Assembly: GCA_965277285.1 (NCBI GenBank)
Contig: OZ255721.1
Location: 2,944,001 to 3,008,000, forward strand
Length of the DNA: 64,000 bases
Direction of reading: 5' to 3'
From: Abditibacteriaceae bacterium
GTDB taxonomy: Bacteria; Armatimonadota; Abditibacteriia; Abditibacteriales; Abditibacteriaceae
Shown: piece after piece, positions 9,553-19,912 of the stretch
How positions within the stretch are numbered: position 1 is the first letter of the stretch
How the letters are laid out: each line of letters starts with the position of its first letter
Program-made: the position numbers and the translations under genes
Notes under the pieces: generated by a model
What the model was told of the DNA's origin: nothing
Seen by the model: only the letters and a program-made list of their open reading frames with translations
Databases searched by the model: none

Positions 9553-12500
9553 TTAGCGAAAAGCGAGGTTGCCGTTGGAAAGCAGCGCGTAGACCGAATC
9601 GGCGGCGAGAGGACGCGAGAACAAATAGCCTTGCAGCAAGTTGCAGTCGAGGGCTTGCAATTGTGCGAGTTGCGCTTCGGTTTCGACACCTTCGGCGACG
9701 ACTTTGAGGTGCAGCGTGCGCGCCAGGGAAATGATGGCGCGCACGATTTCAATGGCTTCGCTTTGCGCGCCCAGATTGCTGATGAACGAACGGTCAATTT
9801 TCAGCGTATCGACTGGAAAGCGGCGCAGATACGACAGGCTGGAATAACCGGTTCCAAAGTCGTCAATCGCCAGGCGGACGCCCAATTCCTTCAAGTCGCG
9901 CAAGGTCGTAATGGTTTTTTCGGCTTCGTCCATGATCACGCTTTCGGTAATTTCGAGCGTGATGCGATTGGCCTCGATGCCGACGGTTTCGAGTACTCGA
10001 TTTAACTGCGCGCCCAAATCGGGACGTCGGAATTCGCGCGCCGAAAGGTTCACGTTCATGTGCAGGCCAGCGCCGAAATCGCGCTCGTTTTTGGTGGCGA
10101 CCGCAGGTGGCACAAAACCCTGCCAGGTGCGCATCTGGCGGCACGCTTCCTCGATTGTCCACTGGCCGATTTCTAAAATCAAACCAGTTTCCTCGGCGAT
10201 GTTCAAAAACGCATCTGGCGACAACAATCCCAAACGCGGATGTTCCCAGCGCAAAAGCGCCTCGAAACCGGCCAGTATGCCCGAATCGGCGCGCACAATT
10301 GGCTGATAATGCAAGCGCAGTTCGTGGCGCTTGAGCGCCTGGCGCAAGTCGGTTTCCATGCGCAAGCGTTCCAGCGCGCGCGCGTTCATTTCGGGATCGA
10401 AAATTTGATATTGCGCGCGGCCTTTGCCCTTGGCGCGATACATGGCGACATCGGCGTCGCGCAAATGCGCATCGGCAGAAAACGCCGCGTCGCGCAAAGA
10501 TCGAGTACTCGATTGATGGACTTGTCGCGCAGAAGCTGCGTCGTTGGAAGCCGCGTCGTTGGAAGCTGCGTCGTTGGAAGCTGCGTCCGCACTGGTTTTG
10601 GCAGCGACTTCGTTGTGAGCGCTTTCGTTGTGAGCGCCTTCGAGTTCACCATCGGCGTTTTCGCGCAGCGTGGTTTTGATGCCGATGCTGGTCGTCACGA
10701 AAATTTCGTGTCCGCTGAGTTGAAACGGCGTACGCAGTTCGTTGGCGATGCGTTCCGCGCAGAGAATGGCCTCGTATGTGTGATGAATGTCTTCGAGCAA
10801 AATTACGAATTCGTCACCGCCCAGGCGCGCGGCGATGTCAACAGTGCGCAGGCAAGAAGTCAGTCTTTTGGCGACGGATTTCAGCAATTGATCGCCGACT
10901 TCGTGCCCCAGGCTATCGTTGACCACTTTGAAGCGATCCAGGTCGAGAAACAAAATCGCGCTTTGCTGCGGTGCCTCGCTTCGTTCGGCGCGTTCGAGAA
11001 CGTGCTGCAAGCGACTCATAAACAGCGTGCGGTTGGGGAGTCCGGTGAGCGCGTCGTGAAATGCCTGATATTGCAATTCCTGCTCGATTTCGGTTCGCTC
11101 GGTGATGTCTTCGAGAGCGCCCACGAGGGCGACGGTTTTTCCATCGCGCACGACCGGCGCTTCATTGACTTCGACCCACAGGCGGCGCCCGTCGCGCGCT
11201 TGCAATTCCATTGGATACGATTCCTGGCGTTCGCCGCTTTCTATAGCGCGCGCGGCGATTTCTTGGCCGACGCGGTTCAGCGGCTCGTCGGTCACGAATT
11301 CTGTCCATTGCAGCGGCGTTTGATACGATTCGCAGCCCAGAAAAGTGCGCGATTGCGGACTGACATAAGTGAGAATGCCTTCGGGCGTGCGCGAATAAAA
11401 CAAGTTGGTCGAATGTTCCACGATGTCGCGCAGGCGATTTTCGCTGGTGCGCAAGGCGGCTTCAGCCAGTTTCAAATCGGTGATGTCAACGTCGGTGCCT
11501 TCGTAGCCAACAACTTCTTCGTTTTCGTTGCGCAACACGCGTGCATTGCGCGAAACCCAGATAATTTCACCATCGGCGCGGCGCACCGCGGTTTCAAAGC
11601 GCGCCACGTAACCGTCGCGCTGCATCAAGTACTGGAAAACGTCCCGATCCTTGGGATCGACGTAAACCTGTTCCGCAATGTCGGTGATTTTCGCTATCAT
11701 TTCGGTGGGCGACGAATAGCCGTACAGCTTGGCCAGCATTGGGTTGGCCGTGACATAGCGACCTTCGGGCGTCGATTGAAAAATGCCTTCGATAGCGTTT
11801 TCAAAAATGCTGCGGTATTTCTTTTCGGCTTCTTCAAGAGCGGCTTCGGCGCGGTGCTGTTCGGTGACATCGGTTGCCACTCCAATGGCTCCAACAACGG
11901 CACCGTTAGCATTCAATTGTGGTGCATAACTGGTTTGGAAAACAAAACCTTTCACATGCACCTGAGCTTTGAAGCTTTCGCCCTGCAAAGCACGGCGCAA
12001 ATGCGCCAACAATTCCGGCGCGTGATCGTAGCGCTCCCAAATGGAAAGACCAATCGCTTCACCAGGCCGGACGGCCAATACTTCGAGACCTTTGCCGTCG
12101 GTAAAAGTGAAAAGCCCGTTGCAATCAATCGCAAAAACGATGATGGGCGCATTGGAAAACACGGTTTTTCGTCGCTGCTCACTTTCACGCAGTTGCGCTT
12201 CCGATTGGCGTAACTCATTTTCCGCATCCTGACGTTCGAGCTCAAGCCCGGCGCGCGTCGTGAAAATCTCGAAAACCGCTTCCATCCGCTCGCTTATGGG
12301 CAGCGGTTTATCGTGCAAAATGCACAAGTGTCCGCAAAGGGAGCCGTCGCTGCGCATCAAAGGCGCGCCGTAGTAGCTGACTGCTGCCATTTTCTTAAGA
12401 TTGACGGCGCGCGGAAACTGCTCTTGCACGCCCTGAGCGATATGAAGGGCGCACTGGTCGCGCGCGGCAGCACCGCACGGTGTGTCCTCACACGAGTACT

Positions 12501-13713
12501 CGAAGTTGGGACGCCGCGCGCCATCCGACCAGAACGCCAGCGTTTCAAACTTTCCCTCAGTAGCGGTTGGGGTTTCGTTTTCTCGTCCGTCGTCTTTGTA
12601 GTAGCGCGTCACCATTGCGTGCCGCACGTCGAGGGCTTCGCATAAATGCTGCACCAGAGCCTGGAAAAACGCTTGTCCCGTCACGCCCGCGGTGCCTGCC
12701 ACGAGATTTTTGAGCGCGCGGTCGTTGTGGCGCTGCGCTGTTACATCGTGAACGAAATCCAGCCGCGCGCGCCGCCCATTGAAGGCGATGTCGCGCGCCG
12801 TAATGCTGACTTCCAGCGGCGTGCCGTTTTTGTGACTGTGACGCCACACGCCCGTCCAATGCGCCGCTTGTCCGCCCGGTGCCAGCGCCTTGAGTAGTGC
12901 GGGAATGTCTTCTGCAGGATGCAATTGCACAATCGTCATAGACGCGAATTCTTCGCGCGTGTAACCGTAGCGTGACAAAGCCGCGCGATTGACGACCAGA
13001 AAACGCAAGGTGTGGAAGTCGTAAACCCACATCGGTTGAGGATGCAAATCGAAGACATTGCTGCGAAAATCCTGTGCGTTGCTAAAAACGCTCGAAGCCT
13101 GCGAAAACGGAGTGCGACCCTCGTTGTCGCGTGGAAAAACGGTGGTCTGATTTCCGGCATACTCAGCGGCTCCGCTGGCAAAGGCCACGCCCGCTGCGAA
13201 AGCTGCGCCTTCGGCAAACGCAATTCCAGCTGCAAAAGCCGCGTCGCCGATCATCTGCCTTTCGCTCCAGCCTTCGCCCAACTCGCCACTGAGTTCTCCC
13301 CCAAACGCACTACCGAATTCGAGTACTCGATTGTCGCTGGAAGCATCGCTGGACGCATCGCTGGACGAAGTAATCAGAGAAGTAAATGCTTGATTAGTAA
13401 AGGAGAAGTCTGGGGCGCTTTGGTCTTCAAAAGCGCTGCTTTGAAAAGCCACGCTGTCGCCGGACGCGTTGACCTCTGGAACCGTCGTTTGGTTGGCGGC
13501 AAGGTTGAGAGAACGTTCGGCCAGCGCCGGATGGTTTCTGCCGTTTTCTGCAGGTGCGACAGGCGCTGCAACTTCAGGCGCTGCAACTTCAGTCGCTGCA
13601 ACTTCAGGTATCGCTGCAGAATCGGCAGGGGAATTATCTGGGCGCGAAGATTCACCTTGCGGCGTCGCAATTCCGGTGGGCGATGAAGGCGTCGTTTTTT
13701 CGATTCGACTCAT
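9553..13713 (-). CDS. PAS-GAF-PAS-PAS-PAS-GGDEF-EAL c-di-GMP signalling protein
   Basis: HDALTGLPNR, RxxD..RLGGDEF, FEALLRW, IDDFGTGYSSLSYL and VAEGVET motifs; several PAS/PAC repeats. Start placed at 13713 (MSRIEK, GAGG RBS). Confidence 0.93.
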   Translation of the reverse strand: MSRIEKTTPSSPTGIATPQGESSRPDNSPADSAAIPEVAATEVAAPEVAAPVAPAENGRNHPALAERSLNLAANQTTVPEVNASGDSVAFQSSAFEDQSAPDFSFTNQAFTSLITSSSDASSDASSDNRVLEFGSAFGGELSGELGEGWSERQMIGDAAFAAGIAFAEGAAFAAGVAFASGAAEYAGNQTTVFPRDNEGRTPFSQASSVFSNAQDFRSNVFDLHPQPMWVYDFHTLRFLVVNRAALSRYGYTREEFASMTIVQLHPAEDIPALLKALAPGGQAAHWTGVWRHSHKNGTPLEVSITARDIAFNGRRARLDFVHDVTAQRHNDRALKNLVAGTAGVTGQAFFQALVQHLCEALDVRHAMVTRYYKDDGRENETPTATEGKFETLAFWSDGARRPNFEYSCEDTPCGAAARDQCALHIAQGVQEQFPRAVNLKKMAAVSYYGAPLMRSDGSLCGHLCILHDKPLPISERMEAVFEIFTTRAGLELERQDAENELRQSEAQLRESEQRRKTVFSNAPIIVFAIDCNGLFTFTDGKGLEVLAVRPGEAIGLSIWERYDHAPELLAHLRRALQGESFKAQVHVKGFVFQTSYAPQLNANGAVVGAIGVATDVTEQHRAEAALEEAEKKYRSIFENAIEGIFQSTPEGRYVTANPMLAKLYGYSSPTEMIAKITDIAEQVYVDPKDRDVFQYLMQRDGYVARFETAVRRADGEIIWVSRNARVLRNENEEVVGYEGTDVDITDLKLAEAALRTSENRLRDIVEHSTNLFYSRTPEGILTYVSPQSRTFLGCESYQTPLQWTEFVTDEPLNRVGQEIAARAIESGERQESYPMELQARDGRRLWVEVNEAPVVRDGKTVALVGALEDITERTEIEQELQYQAFHDALTGLPNRTLFMSRLQHVLERAERSEAPQQSAILFLDLDRFKVVNDSLGHEVGDQLLKSVAKRLTSCLRTVDIAARLGGDEFVILLEDIHHTYEAILCAERIANELRTPFQLSGHEIFVTTSIGIKTTLRENADGELEGAHNESAHNEVAAKTSADAASNDAASNDAASNDAASARQVHQSSTRSLRDAAFSADAHLRDADVAMYRAKGKGRAQYQIFDPEMNARALERLRMETDLRQALKRHELRLHYQPIVRADSGILAGFEALLRWEHPRLGLLSPDAFLNIAEETGLILEIGQWTIEEACRQMRTWQGFVPPAVATKNERDFGAGLHMNVNLSAREFRRPDLGAQLNRVLETVGIEANRITLEITESVIMDEAEKTITTLRDLKELGVRLAIDDFGTGYSSLSYLRRFPVDTLKIDRSFISNLGAQSEAIEIVRAIISLARTLHLKVVAEGVETEAQLAQLQALDCNLLQGYLFSRPLAADSVYALLSNGNLAFR

Positions 13714-14308
13714 AAAAAACCTCACTCGCTGCACGACTGCAAGACGCAACCACGAAACGGCTGCCATCACGAAGATAACTGCTAAAAGGCCAAGACACTA
13801 AAAGTGCTGCAAAACGCCGTTACTCGTGTTATTACAGGAGTTGTTACAGAAGTAAACGCCGCCAGGAAAAAGCAACCAAACTGCTCATTGTGTCGAGCTA
13901 CAAGTCGTCTCATCAATGAATTACTACACCAAATGACCAATTTGTCATGATGCGTGTGTGCAGAGAAGAACGATTAAACTCGCAGTTTGTCATTCCGTGC
14001 GGCGTGGAGTACTCGCTTGAGTTCCCGTTCAACGTTGGGAATCCTTCACTCTGTCCAGAAGGCACCCGACAATATAACAGATGCCACAAATTACAATTTT
14101 TCTGCACTCTCGCAATACTCTCGCAACGCGACACGACGAGCGCAAGTCTATGTCAAGTTGGGACGCTTTGCACTTGGATTGCGCTACTTATGTCACCATC
14201 CAATAACGTTTCAAGTAACGATGCGAAGTGTCTTTTTAATCTGCTTTCGCAATGCGCTTTCGCGGCCATTTTTCAAGGTATGCAAAGGCACTGCTATAAT
14301 TTTCTTAC

Positions 14309-15850
14309 ATGACTTTTTCCGCTCCGTCCTTCAATACGTCGTCTTCTAACGCCCACGATCTCCCCTCTTTTTTATCGCTTCTCGAACGCCAAAATCAATT
14401 GAAGCGAATCTCGCATCCGGTTTCGGCGCATCTGGAAATCACCGAAATCGCCGACCGCGTTATCAAGCAAGCGGGACCAGCGCTGTTGTTCAATCGAGTA
14501 CTCGAAACGCCCGATGTTCCCGTCGCCATAGGGCTTTACGGCTCGCACGAGCGCATGGCCTTGGCGCTGCACGACACGCCGCAAAACATCGCCGCGCGCA
14601 TCGACGGACTAATCAAAACACAGCCGCCCGAAAGCTGGATGGGGAAAATCCAGACCGGCCTGAAATTGTTGCCGACGGTGCGCAGCTTGAACACCAAAAG
14701 CGTCAAAGACGGGCCATGCAAAGAAGTCATTTTCAAAGGCGACGACATCGACCTGACTCAACTACCGGTTTTGACGTGCTGGCCGCAGGACGGCGGGCCG
14801 TTCATCACGCTGCCGATGGTGTTTACGCACAATCCCAATACGGGACGGCGCAACGTCGGAATGTATCGCGTGCAGATTTACGACAAAAGCACGACGGGAA
14901 TGCACTGGCAAATTCACAAAGTCGGCGCGCAGCATTCGCGCGAAGCACAGGAAAAAGGTCAACGCATCGAAGCGGCCATTTGTCTGGGTGGCGATCCGTG
15001 TTTGCCGTTTTGCGCGATTGCGCCACTTCCCGAAGAAATCGACGAAATGATGTTCGCCGGTTTTCTGCGCGGCAAACCTGTCGAAACTGTGCGCTGCGAA
15101 ACGATTGATGTTCACGTTCCCGCCGATTGCGAATACGTCATCGAAGGCACGATCGACCCGAACGAAAGTCGCCCCGAAGGGCCTTTTGGCGATCATACCG
15201 GCTATTACACGCCGGTTGAAAATTATCCGGTTTTTCATGTGACGTGCATCACGCGCCGCAAAAAACCGATTTATCCGGCCACGATTGTCGGCATTCCGCC
15301 GATGGAAGACGCGTATTTAGGCGGCGCTGTCGGCACGATTTTCATGCCTTTGATTAAGACGCAAGTGCCGGAACTGGTCGATATGAACTTGCCGGTCGAA
15401 GCGTGTTTCCATAATCTGGCGATTGTCAGCATCAAGAAGCGCTATCCCAATCACGCTTACAAGGTGATGCACGCGTTGTGGGGCTTGGGACAGTTGATGT
15501 TCAGCAAAGTCATCATCGTGGTGGACGACGACGTGGATGTGCATAACATGAGCGAAGTCATCTGGCGCGTGACCAACAACATCGACCCGATGCGCGATGT
15601 GCAAATCGTCAAAGGTCCCGTCGATTCTTTGAATCACGCTGCGCCGCAAGCCGGTTTTGGCTCGAAAATGGGACTGGACGCAACGCGCAAATGGTCGAGT
15701 GAAGGTCACACCCGCGAATGGCCGGATGTCGTGAAAATGAACCGCGAAACCGCCGCTAAAGTGGACGCGATGTGGAGCCAATTAGGTTTGGGCGACCTGG
15801 TGCCCAGCCCCAGCGTGGACGGCCACATCGTCGCGCTACAACCGAAGTAA
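14309..15850 (+). CDS. UbiD-family decarboxylase (menaquinone-biosynthesis type likely)
   Basis: LEITEIADR, WPQDGGPFITLP, NVGMYRVQ, EGPFGDHTGYY, GIPPMED and GSKMGLDAT motifs. Confidence 0.92.
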   Translation: MTFSAPSFNTSSSNAHDLPSFLSLLERQNQLKRISHPVSAHLEITEIADRVIKQAGPALLFNRVLETPDVPVAIGLYGSHERMALALHDTPQNIAARIDGLIKTQPPESWMGKIQTGLKLLPTVRSLNTKSVKDGPCKEVIFKGDDIDLTQLPVLTCWPQDGGPFITLPMVFTHNPNTGRRNVGMYRVQIYDKSTTGMHWQIHKVGAQHSREAQEKGQRIEAAICLGGDPCLPFCAIAPLPEEIDEMMFAGFLRGKPVETVRCETIDVHVPADCEYVIEGTIDPNESRPEGPFGDHTGYYTPVENYPVFHVTCITRRKKPIYPATIVGIPPMEDAYLGGAVGTIFMPLIKTQVPELVDMNLPVEACFHNLAIVSIKKRYPNHAYKVMHALWGLGQLMFSKVIIVVDDDVDVHNMSEVIWRVTNNIDPMRDVQIVKGPVDSLNHAAPQAGFGSKMGLDATRKWSSEGHTREWPDVVKMNRETAAKVDAMWSQLGLGDLVPSPSVDGHIVALQPK

Positions 15851-15857
15851 CGCAACC

Positions 15858-15885
15858 GTACGGGCGAGGCATACCTCGCCCGTAC
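15858..15885. repeat. REP-like hairpin (GTA[GC]-type, family C) immediately after the UbiD gene
   Basis: GTACGGGCGAGG-CATA-CCTCGCCCGTAC. Confidence 0.6.
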
Positions 15886-16222
15886 TTCTTGTCCAATCGA
15901 GTACTCGATATTATAGAAAGGTGTCTTTCCGAGCGCGAAAGGATGAATCACGCCGTCGCCCTTAATTCAAGTCACTTTGTCTTCACTTTCCGGTTCCTCA
16001 TCAAAACCATCCAATAACGCCTTGTCGCCCGCGAACGCCAAAGTGCAGTTGGCAAATCGCGCAGAGCGAGACTTTGAGGCTGAGTGCGGCGATGATAATC
16101 GTTGCTATGCTGTCATCGTGCCGCCGTTTTTCGCGCTCGAGAAGTGAGACAAACGTTCTTGCATCAGGTAAAAGCTAAACTGCGCCGGACGCACAAATTG
16201 TTTGCACAAGGAAATTAGCGCG

Positions 16223-17251
16223 ATGTCAGAACACGCCGAACATTGTCATGCTGGAGGCTCTCACGCCGGTCATGTTCATGGCCCGACCAGCGGGCGCACG
16301 ATGTGGCTTTCACTGGCCGTTACGTTGCTGTTCGTTATAGGCGAAGCGACCGCCGGAATGATTTCCCATTCGTTAGCGTTGCTCTCAGATGCTGGCCACA
16401 ACTTGAGCGATGCGCTGGCGCTGGGTTTGGCGGCTTATGCGATTTGGGTGGCACGCAAGCCCGCCGATTCAGCGCGGACTTTTGGCTACCATCGTGTTGC
16501 CATTTTGACGGCGCTTTTCAACTCGGTCAGCCTGGTTGTGTTGGCGATCTGGATTGGAGTGGAAGCTTTCCAGCACTTTCTGCATCCCGAACCTGTCGGC
16601 AGTTCGCTGATGATCTGGGTGGCTCTGGTTGCGGTCTTGATGAACACGGTCATTGCTGCGGCGCTGTCGGGTGATGCCAAAAACAGCATCAACAGCCGCG
16701 CCGCCTTCATCCACATGGCGGGCGACGCCCTTTCCTCGGTCGCAGTCGTGATTGCGGGTGTCGTGATTCATTACACGCACTGGGTTTATGCCGATCCGTT
16801 GGTTTCGGCGCTAATTGCGGCCTTTATCTTGTATTCAGCGTGGGGCATCGTCGGCGATGCGGCCAACATTTTGATGGAGAACACTCCTAAAAGTGTTGAT
16901 GTGGACAAACTCGTAGCGGGGATGAAAGCGGTCGCGCCGGTTTGCGATGTTCACGATCTCCATATCTGGACGGTCGGTGATGGCCTGAACTTTTTGTCGT
17001 GTCATGTGGCGCTGCCTTCCGATACAACATTGGAGCAATGCGCGGCTGTAGTTGGCACGCTCAACAAAAAACTGCATGACGAGTACTCGATTGGTCATTC
17101 CACCATTCAAACCGAAGTCGAGGGCATTTGCCCGACACATGGAGAAGCCGAACTTTATTGCGCGATGGAAAGCCATCAACATGACGCGGGCGAAAGTCAT
17201 GGTCACGACCACAGCGCACATAAACACCTTGTCCCTGAGGCTCATAAATAA
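16223..17251 (+). CDS. CDF-family Zn/Co/Cd efflux transporter (CzcD/ZitB-like)
   Basis: SLALLSDAGHNLSD, RTFGYHRVAIL, AFIHMAGDALSS, VHDLHIW and HSTIQTE motifs; His-rich termini. Confidence 0.93.
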   Translation: MSEHAEHCHAGGSHAGHVHGPTSGRTMWLSLAVTLLFVIGEATAGMISHSLALLSDAGHNLSDALALGLAAYAIWVARKPADSARTFGYHRVAILTALFNSVSLVVLAIWIGVEAFQHFLHPEPVGSSLMIWVALVAVLMNTVIAAALSGDAKNSINSRAAFIHMAGDALSSVAVVIAGVVIHYTHWVYADPLVSALIAAFILYSAWGIVGDAANILMENTPKSVDVDKLVAGMKAVAPVCDVHDLHIWTVGDGLNFLSCHVALPSDTTLEQCAAVVGTLNKKLHDEYSIGHSTIQTEVEGICPTHGEAELYCAMESHQHDAGESHGHDHSAHKHLVPEAHK

Positions 17252-17489
17252 CCCGATTTGCCACCAAGCCCGGTGAGTGAACTCGCGGCTCAACCGCCTG
17301 CGGCGGCGGCAGCAGCGGCAGCGGCGGCCTACGCCGACGCAACATCGAAAGCACCTGTCCAAAGCGCGCCCGAGCCGCGAGTTCACTTGCAGGGCATGGT
17401 CGCAACTTGGGTTAAGTAAGCACTGAAGCACTTTTCTATCAGAGTTGTTGCTTCTGAAAGGATTAATGATCCGCAACATGGCACACACA

Positions 17490-17867
17490 TCAATCGTTGG
17501 GATCGTCCGTTAGTTCGCCTCGAATGATAAGTGCCATATCAAAAACGAACAACGCAATGACAACATCGCCAACCGTCGAGGCGAGCCATCCCACAGGCAA
17601 CATTTGGTCAACGCCCCACAAGACAAAAGCCACCGCCGCAATCAGTCGCTTGATGAACTGAATCGGATGCACCCCGAATCCTGGATGAAGAGAAAGCCAC
17701 GATAAACCGATCAAAATCAGAGGAACGCCGGATGCTACGGCATGAAAACGATGGCTCGTAAAGTGGGCGAAGCCATCTAAAAACAAAAGAATTGCGCCAG
17801 ACACCAAAGCGGCCACAGCCAAAACGATTGTCAAACGCGAAAAAAGCTGTTGAGGGGTTTCTTTCAT
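17490..17867 (-). CDS. Hypothetical four-TM membrane protein
   Basis: Four hydrophobic segments. Start moved to MKETPQ because the upstream extension runs through a REP element. Confidence 0.6.
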   Translation of the reverse strand: MKETPQQLFSRLTIVLAVAALVSGAILLFLDGFAHFTSHRFHAVASGVPLILIGLSWLSLHPGFGVHPIQFIKRLIAAVAFVLWGVDQMLPVGWLASTVGDVVIALFVFDMALIIRGELTDDPND

Positions 17868-17910
17868 TTGCAGCAAATCGAGACCTGTTTCAATGGAACC
17901 ATCGCGTCGT

Positions 17911-17986
17911 GTAGGGGCTTGGCATGCCAAGCCTTTGTCGCTAAGCCTGCACTCTGCACTTCGGGCTTGGCCCATCAAGCCCCTAC
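17911..17986. repeat. GTAG-type REP doublet (family C)
   Basis: GTAGGGGCTTGGCATGCCAAGCC...GGGCTTGGCCCATCAAGCCCCTAC. Relatives at 31018, 41279, 53674-53753 and 54337-54426. Confidence 0.8.
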
Positions 17987-18099
17987 ACTTTCTCATTAGA
18001 CTCCTTTCATAATTCCTAATTGCTTGTTTTGGCTATTTTTGCGACTTATGAAAGAGGTCTGTTCTGACAACTGCTCTGAACTATGCTTTAAGAAATGGC

Positions 18100-18591
18100 T
18101 TAACAGCAACCGGACGGGCCGCATCCGCAGCTATTGGCGGGTGCCATTGTCAGCGACATCGCGCCCGCTTTTGGTGAGGGCGTAATGCACAACTCGGGAG
18201 CGAGGCAAGCCGTATGTTTGGTCGTCAATTGCAAGGTCACGAACTCGTCCGATACTGTGGCTTCGGCGACCGGATATTGCGAAATCGCGCTGCTTTCGTA
18301 CTCAATTTCCAACTCCAACTCTTCGGACGGTAGGAAGCCAGCCGCACGACCCAAAACATCAGCCATTTTGCCCGCCGCAATGCGATGGTCTTCGTCCGGG
18401 CCGACCCACGCCTGTAATTGGCATGTTTTGGTTTCGCGCATCGTGCCGCCGCAGTCGATGAAGGTTTTTTGCACATAAGCGACTTCGGTGATGTGAAACG
18501 AAATCGGGACGGCGTTCTGATCGGGCAGTACCAGGCGAAAGCCTTTGTCGCGGTTGTTTTGTAAAAGCGTCTTGAACTGGGAAAGTGTCAT
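18100..18591 (-). CDS. DUF6428-like protein with Cys-rich tail, ars-operon associated
   Basis: FHITEV...FIDCGG...LQAW, TTKHTACLA and C-terminal SCGCGPSGCC. Start overlaps the aquaporin stop codon. Confidence 0.75.
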   Translation of the reverse strand: MTLSQFKTLLQNNRDKGFRLVLPDQNAVPISFHITEVAYVQKTFIDCGGTMRETKTCQLQAWVGPDEDHRIAAGKMADVLGRAAGFLPSEELELEIEYESSAISQYPVAEATVSDEFVTLQLTTKHTACLAPELCITPSPKAGAMSLTMAPANSCGCGPSGCC

Positions 18592-19262
18592 AAGGTAGAT
18601 GAAAGGGCCGGTTCCGCTTCAGATTGTCGCACCAAATGCAACGTCGGAACGGCTAACAAAGCGCCCGCAATCGGGCCAAGAATATAAACCCACAAACTGG
18701 CGAAGTGCATTGAAATAAGCGCGGGCGCAATCGAGCGCGCCGGATTCATCGAAGCACCACAAATCGGCCCGGCAAACATCGCTTCCAGCCCGATGACTGC
18801 ACCAACTACGATACCTGCCGTGATGCCTTTTTCTTTGGCGCCCGTCGAAACGTTAAGAATCACCAGCATCAAAAACCACGTCAGCAAGATTTCGAGAATG
18901 AGCGACTGCAAAGCCGCGTTGCGCGGAATCGTTGCGCCCAATGTGTGATTCGCTGGAAAGAGTACTCGAAGCACCAGCGAAGCGACCACGCCGCCCGCAA
19001 GCTGTGCCGCGATGTAAGGCAGAATACAACGCGCCTCAAATCGTTTCGCTGCCGCAAAAGCCAACGTCACAGCGGGGTTGAAGTGCGCGCCGGAAATGTC
19101 GCCAAAGGTATAAATCAGCGCCATCACGACCAGGCCAAAAGTCAGCGCTACGCCCGGATGCGTCACCGTGCCGCCAGTCACATCGTTAATGACAATCGCG
19201 CCCGTGCCACACCACACCAGGGCGAACGTCCCGAAGAACTCCGACCATAACTTAGCGCGCAT
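18588..19262 (-). CDS. MIP-family aquaporin, probable arsenite channel (AqpS-like)
   Basis: [11 protein letters not shown] and [12 protein letters not shown] motifs; directly downstream of an ArsR gene. Confidence 0.88.
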   Translation of the reverse strand: MRAKLWSEFFGTFALVWCGTGAIVINDVTGGTVTHPGVALTFGLVVMALIYTFGDISGAHFNPAVTLAFAAAKRFEARCILPYIAAQLAGGVVASLVLRVLFPANHTLGATIPRNAALQSLILEILLTWFLMLVILNVSTGAKEKGITAGIVVGAVIGLEAMFAGPICGASMNPARSIAPALISMHFASLWVYILGPIAGALLAVPTLHLVRQSEAEPALSSTL

Positions 19263-19629
19263 GAGCCAGATCCAGTTTCTCGTCGCTCACATTCTCGTTC
19301 AGCGACGTTGAAAACGACTGCGCCCAAAACTCCTTGAATTGTTGCATCGCGTCGGGGTTGAGACAGTAGCAAATGCGCGAACCGTCCACTTCGCCCACAA
19401 TCCAACCGGCTTCCTTTAAGGTCTTGAGATGCTGCGAAACCGTACTTTGTGCCAGTGGTATGACGTTCACGATCTCGCCACAAATGCACGCGCCATGCTG
19501 ATGCAGAAAGCGCACAATTGCCAGCCGCGCCGGATTGCCCAACGCCGCCGCCAATCGCGCGAACTCCACATCATCGGGGCGCAAAGCCGATTCTACAGCT
19601 TCTTCGGAACAACATATTTGTTTTCTCAT
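19252..19629 (-). CDS. arsR: ArsR/SmtB-family metalloregulator
   Basis: [34 protein letters not shown] and ICYC motifs. Confidence 0.9.
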   Translation of the reverse strand: MRKQICCSEEAVESALRPDDVEFARLAAALGNPARLAIVRFLHQHGACICGEIVNVIPLAQSTVSQHLKTLKEAGWIVGEVDGSRICYCLNPDAMQQFKEFWAQSFSTSLNENVSDEKLDLAHAR

Positions 19630-19632
19630 CGG

Positions 19633-19652
19633 TTATCGTAAATATACGATAA
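19633..19652. promoter_or_regulatory. Probable ArsR operator
   Basis: TTATCGTA-AATA-TACGATAA palindrome 3 bp upstream of the arsR ATG. A related copy, TTATCGCAAAATATCGATTAA, lies at 19720-19740. Confidence 0.7.
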
Positions 19653-19912
19653 GAGAAGACAAGAGCGCAAGTCCTTTGATGATGTTTTTGAAGCACGCAA
19701 ATTGGTTTTCTCGAAGTGCTTATCGCAAAATATCGATTAATTGTATAGATGAAAAGTCGCTTCAGCCAAAACTACAGCTTGTCAACTCTGCAAATTGTGC
19801 TTTGTTGTCAAGTGATTGTGCTCCTTTGACATAGGTCGCATGACATAGGTCACGATATACTGAGTTTTGTGCATCGTTCGTGACAACAAGGTGCCTTTTC
19901 GAGGAGAAAGAT

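Noticed and set aside
7078..12213. Long + strand ORFs 7078..8859 (593 aa) and 10240..12213 (657 aa)
   Set aside because: They are antisense shadows of typA and the GGDEF/EAL gene, with no recognisable motifs.
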